From an uncultured delta proteobacterium (GTDB lineage Bacteria; Myxococcota_A; Polyangia; Polyangiales; Polyangiaceae), in assembly GCA_963841435.1 (NCBI GenBank), contig CAWJCS010000003.1, positions 544,001-608,000 of the forward strand: a stretch of 64,000 bases of DNA, written 5' to 3'. This document shows positions 49,446-59,156 of this stretch, piece after piece. Within the stretch, counting starts at the first letter, position 1. Each line of letters opens with the position of its first letter. A program made the translations under genes and the position numbers. Under the pieces are notes generated by a model that made no database searches, was not told where the DNA came from, and worked only from the letters and a program-made list of their open reading frames with translations.

Positions 49446-50132
49446 ATGTCGAGCGTCGCTGCCCTCGCGAAAATAATCGACCACTCGCTGTTGCGTGCCG
49501 ACCTCACGGCCGACGCGCTCGACGCGGGTTGCCGCCTCGCGCTCGAATGCAACGTCGCGAGCGTCTGCATTCTGCCCTTCGCGCTCTCGCGCGCCGTCGA
49601 GCTCCTCGCGGGGTCGACGGTGGTTCCGACGACGACCGTCGGCTTTCCGCACGGCGCCAACACGACGCGCGTCAAGCTCGGTGAGGCCGAGGAGGCGCTC
49701 GACGCCGGCGCCGGTGAGCTCGACATGGTCGTCAACGTCAGCTGGGTGAAGAGCGGCGCGTTCGCCGCCGTCGCAGAGGAGATCGGCGCGGCCGTCGCGC
49801 TTTGCCACACGCGGGGCGCGAAGCTCAAGGTCATCTTCGAGAACGCCTACCTGACCGACGCGGAGAAGATCCGTCTTTGCGAGATCTCGAGCAACTCGGG
49901 CGTCGATTTCGTGAAGACCTCGACGGGCTTCGGGCCTTCGGGCGCGACGGTCGAAGACGTGGCGTTGATGCGCCGGCACTGTCCACCGTCGGTCGCCGTC
50001 AAGGCGGCGGGCGGCATTCGCGACCTCGACCTCTTGCTCGCCCTGCGTCGGGCGGGCGCCACGCGATGCGGCTCGAGCTCGACGCGAGACATTCTCGGCG
50101 AGGCGAGGCGGCGCGCCGCCGTCTCGCCCTGA
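49446..50132 (+). CDS. deoC: Deoxyribose-phosphate aldolase
   Basis: IDHSLL, VGFPHG, ELDMV, KVIFE, FVKTSTGF, VKAAGGIR. Confidence 0.93.
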   Translation: MSSVAALAKIIDHSLLRADLTADALDAGCRLALECNVASVCILPFALSRAVELLAGSTVVPTTTVGFPHGANTTRVKLGEAEEALDAGAGELDMVVNVSWVKSGAFAAVAEEIGAAVALCHTRGAKLKVIFENAYLTDAEKIRLCEISSNSGVDFVKTSTGFGPSGATVEDVALMRRHCPPSVAVKAAGGIRDLDLLLALRRAGATRCGSSSTRDILGEARRRAAVSP

Positions 50133-50165
50133 AACGCAAACCCCAAGCTCCGACCCTCGACGCGG

Positions 50166-50930
50166 TCAGCCCTCGGGTCGACCGAGCGCGATCGCCGTCG
50201 CGAAGGCGCGCCAGCGCAGCGCCACCCACCCGAACGCCGTGGGCGCGCCGCTCTCCGGATCAGCGACGAGCAGGATCGTGCCGAAGCCGAAGCCCGTGCG
50301 ACCGACGCGCGTGTCCTCGTCGTGCAGGAGGCGCGTCGAGTCCGCAATGCGCACGAGGTAGGCGTTGTCGTAGCCGGGCGCGAGCACGGGGGGCACGAGC
50401 ACGAACGCGACGTGACCCGTGTTCGGCGACTCGATCTCGACGGGCTTGAGCCACGCCACGACATCGCCGGGCGCAAGGTCGGCGACCCGAGCGACTCGCC
50501 GCCATCCGCCGCGCGCGCGGTCGAGCGGCGCGCGCGCGATGCGACGCTGGAAGTCGCGCGCCAGCGGACGCTTCTCCGAGCCGTACGCCATCGTGGCCGC
50601 GGCGCGCGGAGCGGCTCGCCCGAGCACCCATTGTACCATGCCGGAGCAGTCGAACCGATAGATGCCCCGCTTCTCGTCAACGAAAAAACCGTAGGTGTAG
50701 GAGGCATCTTCGAGCGTCGCGGAGACCTTGCCGAGGCGTCGCATCACGGCGTTTCGGTCCCAGTCGATGGCGGCGTCGTCGAAGAACGGGCGCGGTTCGG
50801 GCGGCGCCGGCGCGCTCGCGAACGTGAGCGCCGGCCGCCGATCGATGGGACGGGGCGCGCGCGAGCGCTCGCAACCGCCCAGGGCACCGAGCACGGCGAG
50901 CCCGGCGGCGACCGGAGCCGTCACCCGCAT
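50166..50930 (-). CDS. Lipoprotein with NlpC/P60- or CHAP-like Cys-His motifs
   Basis: LGGC, FDCSGMV, PGDVVAW, GHVAFV. Confidence 0.55.
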   Translation of the reverse strand: MRVTAPVAAGLAVLGALGGCERSRAPRPIDRRPALTFASAPAPPEPRPFFDDAAIDWDRNAVMRRLGKVSATLEDASYTYGFFVDEKRGIYRFDCSGMVQWVLGRAAPRAAATMAYGSEKRPLARDFQRRIARAPLDRARGGWRRVARVADLAPGDVVAWLKPVEIESPNTGHVAFVLVPPVLAPGYDNAYLVRIADSTRLLHDEDTRVGRTGFGFGTILLVADPESGAPTAFGWVALRWRAFATAIALGRPEG

Positions 50931-50994
50931 TGAACCGGCGTCACGCATCCTCGTTCGACACGCCCCGCCGACGGGGCTTGGGACCCGCCGCCGC

Positions 50995-51855
50995 TCAGCC
51001 GCCGGTCTCGAAACCGGGGTAGAGCGTCATGCCGCCATCGACGTAGATGGTGGCGCCCGTGATGTAGTCCGAGTCGTCCGAAGCGAGCCACACGGCGGCC
51101 CGGCCGATCTCGGTCGGCTCCCCGATGCGCTTGTAGGGGATGAGGGTCATCAGGGAGTTGTACGCCTCGCGAGTGCCCCAGGCGTCCATGTTGATCGGGG
51201 TGCGTACGGCTCCCGGCGAGAGCGCGTTCACGCGGATCCGCTGCGGAGCAACCTCCTGGGCGATGCTCTTCATCATCATCGAGACGCCACCCTTGGAGGT
51301 CGCGTAGTTGACGTGCCCCGCCCAGGGGATCACGTCGTGAACGGAGCTCACGCACAGGATCTTGCCGGCCGAGCACGACACGTCGCGCACCACGCCGCGG
51401 CGCTTGAACTCGCGCACGGCGGCGCGCGAGCAAAGAAACTGGCCTTTTAGGTTCACGTTCATGACGAGATCCCAGTCGGCCACCGTGAGCTCCTCGAAGG
51501 GCGCGTCCTTCTGTAGGCCCGCGTTGTTCACGAGGATGTCGATCGTGCCAAACTCCGAGACCATCGTGCCGAACATGCGCTCGACCTCCGCCTCCGAGCT
51601 CACGTCGGCACGGTGTGCGTAGGCTCTAGCGCCGCAGCGCTGGATTTCCGCAACCACCTTCTGCGCCTCTTCCTCGCGCGAGACGTAGTTCACGACAACG
51701 TCGGCGCCGGCGTGACCGAGCGCCTCGGCAATGGCGCGGCCAATGCCCGAATTGGCGCCCGTCACGAGGGCCTTCTGGCCCGACAGGTTCTTGATGATGG
51801 GACACACCGGCAGCACTGCTTCCGGCAAGCCTTGTTCACTGTAGTAGTCGCGCAT
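50995..51855 (-). CDS. SDR oxidoreductase, glucose 1-dehydrogenase-like
   Basis: TGANSGIG, NNAG, SSVH, YATSK, PGAVRTPIN, DGGMTLYP. Confidence 0.88.
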   Translation of the reverse strand: MRDYYSEQGLPEAVLPVCPIIKNLSGQKALVTGANSGIGRAIAEALGHAGADVVVNYVSREEEAQKVVAEIQRCGARAYAHRADVSSEAEVERMFGTMVSEFGTIDILVNNAGLQKDAPFEELTVADWDLVMNVNLKGQFLCSRAAVREFKRRGVVRDVSCSAGKILCVSSVHDVIPWAGHVNYATSKGGVSMMMKSIAQEVAPQRIRVNALSPGAVRTPINMDAWGTREAYNSLMTLIPYKRIGEPTEIGRAAVWLASDDSDYITGATIYVDGGMTLYPGFETGG

Positions 51856-52048
51856 CGTTCTGGTCTCCGGTTGGCTCTACGGCTCCAGGGCGCCGCGGTT
51901 ACCCGCGCGTCGCGCGCTCCCTCATGGGGCGGCGAAGCACGGCTTCACGAACGATGGATCCAGAGCGCGCCGCTCGCCATGAAACCGCGGAGGCGAGCGC
52001 TCGTAGACGGCCCGGCAAGAGCGGGATTCTCTTTTCACGGAGACGGCC

Positions 52049-53630
52049 ATGGACCAAGCGGAACGCTACGACATCGTCATCATCGGTACGGGAGCGGGCG
52101 GCGGCACGCTGCTCCGGGCGCTGGCACCCACGGGCAAGCGCATTCTCGTGCTCGAGCGGGGTGGCTACTTGCCCCGTGAGCGCGAGAACCAGAGCTCGGA
52201 GGCCGTGATGGTCAACGCCCGGTACAAGGCCAAGGAAACCTGGCTCGATGCCGCGGGCAACCCGTTCCACCCGAGCATTCACTACTGGGTCGGCGGCAAC
52301 ACCAAGATGTACGGCGCCGCGCTGATCCGCTTTCGCGAGCGCGACTTCGGGCAGGTCCGCCACTATGGCGGGGTCTCGCCGGCCTGGCCCATCGGCTACG
52401 CCGAGCTCGAGCCGTACTACGCGGCCGCCGAGCGGCTCTACCACGTGCACGGCGCGCGTGGCTCGGACCCGACGGAGCCCTGGGCGTCGGAGCCATACCC
52501 GAACGCGCCGGTGAGCCACGAGCCGGCCATCGCGGAGATCGTGCATGGGCTTGAAGCGCTGGGAAGAAAGCCGTTCCCGATGCCGGTCGGCATCGATCTC
52601 GACGAGAGCAACCGCGAGAAGAGCCGCTGCATTCGCTGCAACGCCTGCGACGGTTACCCCTGCCTCGTCAACGGCAAGGCGGACGCTCACGTCGTCGGCG
52701 TGCGACCCGCGCTCGCGCACGAGAACGTGACGCTACTCACGCACGCGCTCGTCGAGCGCCTGGAAACCGACGCGAGCGGGGCGCGGGTGTCACGCGTCGT
52801 CGTCGCGCACGAAGGCAAGCGGCTCGAGGTGCGCGCCGACGTCGTCGTCGTGGCGTGCGGCGCGGTGAACTCGGCGGCGCTGTTGCTCCGCTCGGCGAAC
52901 GAGCGCCACCCCCATGGCCTTGCCAACGGCTCGGGCCAGGTCGGCAGAAACTACATGGCCCACACGAACTCGGGCCTGGTGTGCGTGTCCAAGCGTCCCA
53001 ATCCGACGGTCTTCCAGAAGACCATGGGGCTCAACGACTTTTACTTCGGCGCGGAGGACTCGGAGCTGCCGCTCGGGCACCTCTCGATGCTCGGCAAGCT
53101 CGACGGCATCGCGCTCAAAGCCGGCGCTCCGCCGCTCGTGCCACTTGCCGTGCTCGACTCGGTGGCACGCCACTCCTTCGATTTCCTGGCTCACGAGCGA
53201 GGACCTACCCATGGCCGACAATCGCGTCACCCTCGAGCAGGACGGTCAGGTGAGGCTCAGCTACGAGCCGAACAACCTCGAGGCGCACGCACGCCTCTTG
53301 CGCAAGGTAAAGGGCATCGTGCGCGAGCTCTTGCCGTACGGCATTCGCCTCGCGCGGCGCATCCCGCTCTCGGGTACGGCGCACCAGTGCGGCACCCTGC
53401 GCTTCGGTGACGACCCGGAAACGTCGGTGCTCGACCGCGACTGCCGAGCCCACGAGCTCGAGAACCTGTTCGTCGCCGACGCGAGCGTGTTCCCGTCCGC
53501 GGCCGCCGTGAATCCCGGCCTCACCATCATGGCCAACGCGCTCCGCGTTGCGGACGCGATTGGCGCGCGCCTGGGCGCCTCCGTGGGCGCGAGCGAGCTC
53601 GGGCGCCCGCTTGCCATGGCCGCCGAGTGA
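52049..53630 (+). CDS. GMC-family oxidoreductase; +1 frameshift near 53185
   Basis: GTGAGG, VGGNTKMYG, C..C..CDGYPC, GAVNSA, second frame WLTSEDLP, HQCGT, NPGLTIMANALR. Confidence 0.88.
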
Positions 53631-53671
53631 GTACCGGTAACCGCAGAGCTTCAGGAAACGTTGAGGATCAC

Positions 53672-56416
53672 ATGTCACACGAGCACGGCCGAGTACTTTC
53701 GGAGATCAAGAACCTGACGAAGGGGGCGAGCGACCCGGAAACCCAGCGCCTGGGCGAGGACGGTCGCCGCGAGAAGAATTGGAAGCGCTTCGGCCCGTAC
53801 TTGAGCGAGCGCCAGTGGGGCACCGTGCGCGAGGACTACTCGGAGCACGGCAACTGCTGGGACTACTTCCCGCACGAGCACGCCCGCAGCCGCGCCTACC
53901 GCTGGGGCGAGGATGGCCTGTTCGGTTTCTCGGATCGCCAGGCGCGGCTCTGCTTTTCGCTCGCGCTTTGGAACGAGCGCGACCCGATCCTCAAGGAGCG
54001 CCTGTTCGGCCTCACGGGGCCCGAAGGCAACCACGGCGAGGACGTGAAGGAGCTCTACTATTACCTCGACGCCACGCCGACCGCCTCCTACCTCAGGGGC
54101 CTGTACAAGTACCCGCAGGCCGAGTACCCGTACCGCCGGCTCGTGGAAGAGAATCGCTCGCGTGGCAAGCACGAGCACGAGCTCGAGCTCATCGACACGG
54201 GCGCGCTCGACGCCGATCGCTACTACGACGTGTTCGTCACCTACGCGAAGGCGGAGCCCGAGGACGTGCTCGTCGAGATCACGATCGCCTCTCGCTCCGA
54301 CGAGGCGGCCCGCCTGCACGTCCTACCGACGCTGTGGTTCCGCAACACGTGGAGCTTCGGCAGCGACGCCGCGGGCACGGACGACGCGTCGGGCGCGCGC
54401 CCCACGCTTCGCGCCAACGCGGCAACGAGCCTCGACGTCTCGCACCCCGAGCTCGGCGAGTACGAGCTCTTCTTCGAGCCCCGCGCGGAGCTCCGCGAGC
54501 TCGTCTTCACCGAGAACGAGACGAACAACGAGAAGCTCTTCGGCGTGCCATCGGCCACGCCGTACACCAAAGACGCTTTCCACCGCCGCGTCGTGAACGG
54601 CGAGGTCGAGGCCACGAACCCGGCGCGAACGGGCACGAAGGCCGCCGCCTGGTACGTGCTCGAGCTCGGCCCGAAGGAGACCGTGACGCTCCGAGCGCGC
54701 CTCAGGCGCCGGGGCTCGAGCCCGCTCGTCGAGGCCTTCGGCCCGGGCTTCGATCGCGTCGTCGAGGCGCGACGCGAGGAGGCCGACCGATTCTACGAGG
54801 GGGTCCACCCCGAGGCGCAGTCCGCCGAGGAGCGCCGCGTCGCGCGTCAGGCGTACGCCGGGCTCGTGTGGTCCAAGCAATTTTACCACTACGCCGTCAA
54901 GACGTGGCTCGAGGGCGACCCCGGGCAGCCCACACCGCCCGGCTCGCGACACTACGGCCGCAACGACGATTTTCGGCACGTGTACTGCCGGGACGTCATC
55001 TCGATGCCCGACAAGTGGGAGTACCCGTGGTTTGCCGCCTGGGACCTCGCCTTTCACATGATCCCCTTCGCGAAGATCGATCCCGAGTTCGCCAAGCAGC
55101 AGCTCATCCTCTTCTTGCGCGAGTGGTACATGCACCCGAACGGTCAGATCCCGGCGTACGAGTTCGCGCTCTCGGACGTGAACCCACCGGTCCACGCCTG
55201 GGCGGTGTGGCGCGTGTACAAGATGACGGGGCGCCGCGGCGAGCGCGACAGGGTCTTTTTGGCGCGCGCCTTCCAGAAGCTGCTCCTGAACTTCACGTGG
55301 TGGGTGAACAGGAAGGACGTCGAGGGCAACAACCTGTTTTCAGGCGGCTTTTTGGGCCTCGACAACATCGGCGTGTTCGACCGCTCGCAGCCCCTGCCGA
55401 CGGGCGGGCACCTCAAGCAAGCCGACGGCACGGCGTGGATGGCCTTCTACTCGGCGACGATGCTCTCGATGGCCCTCGAGCTCGCCGACGGCGACCCCGC
55501 CTACGAGGACGTCGCTTCCAAGTTCTTCGAGCACTTCGTGACGATCGTCGATTCGATGAACCGCTTCGGCGGCACGGGCCTGTGGGACGACGGCGACGGC
55601 TTCTATTACGACCAGCTGTCGCTCGACGGGCAGACGATTCCCCTTCGCACGCGCTCGATGGTCGGCGTGCTCCCCATCATCGCCGTCGAGATCCTCGAAG
55701 ACCACGTGATCGACAAGCTTTCGGGATTCAAGAAGCGCATGCAATGGTTCTTGGACAACCGAAAGGATCTCGCGGAGCACATCCCGTACCAGGAGCTCGC
55801 GAGCGGGAGCCACGGCCACCGTTTGCTCGCTGTCCCCTCGCGCGAGCGTCTCGAACGCGTTCTCCGCTACGTGCTCGACGAGAGCGAGTTCTTGTCACCG
55901 CACGGCCTACGCTCGCTGAGCCGCGTTCACAAGGACGACCCCTATCGCTTCTATTCGCACGGGGCGGAGCACCGTGTCGAATATGCCCCAGGCGACTCGA
56001 CCACCGGGCTTTTCGGCGGCAATTCGAACTGGCGAGGCCCGGTCTGGTTCCCGCTGAACTACCTCGTCGTCGAGGCGCTCGAGCGCTATCATCACTATTA
56101 TGGTGATTCGTTCCGGGTCGAATGCCCCACCGGCTCGGGAGTATTCATGAATCTCGGCGAGGTCGCGAACGAGCTTTCGGCGCGTCTGTCCAGCATCTTC
56201 TTGCCGGGCGAGGGCGGGCGCAGGCCATGCCACGGCTCCGAGTCGCGCTACGCCTCCGATCCTCACTTCAAGGAGCTCGTGCTGTTCCACGAGTACTTTC
56301 ATGGCGAGGACGGGCGGGGCGTCGGCGCGAGCCACCAGACGGGTTGGACGGCACTCGTCGCCCGGGCCATCGAGGCGCTCGCGCACGGCCGCAGCGCGAA
56401 GGAGCGTGCAGCGTGA
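53672..56416 (+). CDS. GH63 (MGH1-like) glycoside hydrolase
   Basis: GPYLSERQWGTVREDYS, MPDKWEYPWFAAWDLAFH, NSNWRGP.W, GASHQTGWT. Confidence 0.88.
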   Translation: MSHEHGRVLSEIKNLTKGASDPETQRLGEDGRREKNWKRFGPYLSERQWGTVREDYSEHGNCWDYFPHEHARSRAYRWGEDGLFGFSDRQARLCFSLALWNERDPILKERLFGLTGPEGNHGEDVKELYYYLDATPTASYLRGLYKYPQAEYPYRRLVEENRSRGKHEHELELIDTGALDADRYYDVFVTYAKAEPEDVLVEITIASRSDEAARLHVLPTLWFRNTWSFGSDAAGTDDASGARPTLRANAATSLDVSHPELGEYELFFEPRAELRELVFTENETNNEKLFGVPSATPYTKDAFHRRVVNGEVEATNPARTGTKAAAWYVLELGPKETVTLRARLRRRGSSPLVEAFGPGFDRVVEARREEADRFYEGVHPEAQSAEERRVARQAYAGLVWSKQFYHYAVKTWLEGDPGQPTPPGSRHYGRNDDFRHVYCRDVISMPDKWEYPWFAAWDLAFHMIPFAKIDPEFAKQQLILFLREWYMHPNGQIPAYEFALSDVNPPVHAWAVWRVYKMTGRRGERDRVFLARAFQKLLLNFTWWVNRKDVEGNNLFSGGFLGLDNIGVFDRSQPLPTGGHLKQADGTAWMAFYSATMLSMALELADGDPAYEDVASKFFEHFVTIVDSMNRFGGTGLWDDGDGFYYDQLSLDGQTIPLRTRSMVGVLPIIAVEILEDHVIDKLSGFKKRMQWFLDNRKDLAEHIPYQELASGSHGHRLLAVPSRERLERVLRYVLDESEFLSPHGLRSLSRVHKDDPYRFYSHGAEHRVEYAPGDSTTGLFGGNSNWRGPVWFPLNYLVVEALERYHHYYGDSFRVECPTGSGVFMNLGEVANELSARLSSIFLPGEGGRRPCHGSESRYASDPHFKELVLFHEYFHGEDGRGVGASHQTGWTALVARAIEALAHGRSAKERAA

Positions 56417-58381
56417 GTCATCCGCTTCCGGTTCAACGACGTAACGGAGTGGCTGGAAGCAGACGGCCTCGGTGGCTTCGCGAGCGGCACCACGTCGGGC
56501 GTTCGCACGCGGCGCTACCATGCGCTCCTGCTCGCCGCGGCGAATCCACCTGCTGATCGGCGCGTGCTCGTGCAGAGCTTCGTGGCAAAGCTCGTCACGC
56601 CCCAAGGCACAGCCGAATTCTGGCCCCAGATTTACGCTGGCGGCTGGCTCAGCGGTCGCGACGTGACGCGCGTCGAGTTCACGCGCGACCCTTGGCCCAG
56701 CTGGCGCTTCGAGACCCCGCTCGGCGGCGTCGTGGTCGAGCTCTTCGTCGTGCACGAGAGCCCGACCGTCGTGCTCTCCTTCCGGCTCGAAAAGCCCGTG
56801 CCTGGAGCGCGCCTCGAGGTGCGCCCGCTCATGTCGGGGCGTGATTTCCACTCGGCGCATCACGAGAACAACTCGTTCCGGAGCGGCGCCGAGCGCTTCG
56901 GCGAGGCGCTGCGTTTCGAGCCGTACCCCGGGGTGCCCGCCGTGCTCTGCCTCGCCAACGGCGAATACCGGCACGACCCGGATTGGTACCGCAATTTCTA
57001 CTACACCGAGGAGGCGGCGCGCGGTCTCGATGCGACCGAGGACCTCGCGAGCCCGGGCGTTCTCGACTTCGACATCGGCGCGCGCGAAGCGCTCTGGGTG
57101 CTCGCTGCCGATCTCGCGGGTGCGCCCGAGCTCGGCAATACGAGCGCCGAGAAGCTCGTGGAGCGCCTGCGCCGCGCGGAGCGCACTCGCCGCGCGGCTT
57201 TCCCGAGTGTGCTCGAGCGCGACGCGAACGCTTATCGCGTACGCCGCGGCGACGGCACGACGCTCATCGCCGGCTACCCCTGGTTCGGCGACTGGGGCCG
57301 CGACACCTTCATCGCGCTGCGCGGCCTGTGCCTCGCGACGGGCGACCTTTCGACCGCGCGCTCCATCATCCGCGAATGGGCCGGCGTCGTCTCGGAGGGC
57401 ATGCTCCCGAACCGCTTCCCCGACGACGCGAGCGCCGAGGCCGAGTACAACTCCGTCGACGCCTCGCTGTGGTTCGTGCTCGCGGCCAACGAGCTGCTCG
57501 CGCACCCTCGCGCGCACGAGCACCTGGCGGGCTCGGATCGAAACCGCATCGAAACCGCCATCGATCGCATCGTCGAGGGCTACACCAAGGGCACGCGCTA
57601 CGGCATCCGCGCCGACGCAGACGGGCTGCTTTCGGCCGGCGAGCGCGGCGTGCAGCTCACGTGGATGGACGCGAAAGTCGGCGACTGGGTCGTCACGCCC
57701 CGCATCGGGAAGCCCGTCGAGGTCCAGGCGCTGTGGGTGCACGCGCTGCTCGCTGCGGGCCGGCGCGACAGCCGCCACGTGGCCCTCGCGCAGAGTGCGC
57801 GGGTCGCCCTGCAGCAGCGCTTCTGGAATGCCGAGCGCAGCATGCTCTTCGACGTCGTCGACGACGGGCACGTCCGCGGTCGCGTTGACGCGTCGTGCCG
57901 GCCGAACCAAATCTTCGCGGCGGGCGGCCTCCCCTTCACCCTGCTCGACGCCGAGCAGGCGCGACAGGTCGTGGACGCCGTCGAGCGGGAGCTCCTCACG
58001 CCGCTCGGCCTGCGCTCGCTCGAGCGCGATCACCCCGAGTACGTGCCCCGCTACGAGGGCGGCGTCTTCCAGCGCGACGCGGCCTACCACCAGGGCACAG
58101 TCTGGCCCTGGCTCATGGGTCCGTTCGTCGAAGCCTGGGTGAAGAGCCGCGGCAGCACCCGCGCCGCCAGGGCCGAGGCGCACCGCCGCTTCGTGACGCC
58201 GCTCGTCGAGCACCTCGACCGAGCCGGCCTGGGCCACGTGAGTGAGATTGCCGACGGCGACCCACCGCATGCGCCGAGGGGGTGCCCGTTCCAAGCGTGG
58301 TCGTTGTCCGAGCTGATTCGGCTCGAAACGACGGTCCTCGCGGACCTTTCCGGAAGCCAGACGCTCCGCCGGGCCGTATGA
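56413..58381 (+). CDS. Amylo-alpha-1,6-glucosidase (glycogen debranching family); +1 frameshift near 56430
   Basis: GTGA overlap; EWLEADGLGGFASGT, AGYPWFGDWGRDTFI, TWMDA, RPNQ, YHQGTVWPW, QAWS. Confidence 0.88.
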
Positions 58382-58403
58382 TCGGTCAGCGCTGGCGTCC
58401 GGC

Positions 58404-59102
58404 ATGAGCCCTACCCCCACCTCCCCGCAGTCCGAGGCCGTCTTCGACGAGGTGCCGGACCCTCTCGCGGGCGTGCCGGCGCCGAGGCTTCCCGACGTGC
58501 GGGCGCCCTCGCGGCGCCCCACGCGCGGGGACCTCGCGCGACGCGGCCGCCTGGCGTTCGTGCTGTCGATTGGCTGGATGGGCGCGGAGCTCGCCTGGTT
58601 CGGGCTGCGGGGCGACCTCGCGCACGTCTCCGGGCGATATCTCCTGCTGATGGTCGGCGCGCCGCTCGTCACGGCGATACTCTGCATCGCGGCGGCGCTC
58701 TCCCACGGTCGGCTCGGCCTCGGCGCGCGCATCGGCGTGCTGTTCGCGGTCGCGACGCTGCCACTCGTCGCGATGGTCGGGGCGGTGCTCGTCACGTCGC
58801 CGGCCGTGCCCGACGGCACGCCGGGCACGCTCGGCGAGAGTGCCTACTGCTTCAACACGACGCTCGGTTTCGCATCACTGCCGCTGCTCGCCGCCGCGTT
58901 CGCTCTGCGGCATGCCTTCGTTTCGCGCGCCGTCTGGCGTAGCGCCGCGCTCGGCGTCGGCGCCGGCCTCGCCGCGGTCGGCCTCGTCAACCTCCACTGC
59001 GATCGCGTCGGGGCGCTGCACCTGATGGTCGGGCACGTCGGCGCCCTCTTCGTCATCGCGCTCGCCGGTGCCGCTCTGCTCTCGTATCAGAGCAGGGTCT
59101 GA
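58404..59102 (+). CDS. NrsF/DUF1109-like membrane anti-sigma factor
   Basis: About six TM helices, YCF...LHC....HLMVGH; paralog of 61637..62329. Confidence 0.65.
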   Translation: MSPTPTSPQSEAVFDEVPDPLAGVPAPRLPDVRAPSRRPTRGDLARRGRLAFVLSIGWMGAELAWFGLRGDLAHVSGRYLLLMVGAPLVTAILCIAAALSHGRLGLGARIGVLFAVATLPLVAMVGAVLVTSPAVPDGTPGTLGESAYCFNTTLGFASLPLLAAAFALRHAFVSRAVWRSAALGVGAGLAAVGLVNLHCDRVGALHLMVGHVGALFVIALAGAALLSYQSRV

Positions 59103-59156
59103 GCCACTCGCGGGGGGCGTGTCGTCCCGGGGCGATGGGGCGCTCGGCCAGGCGGG

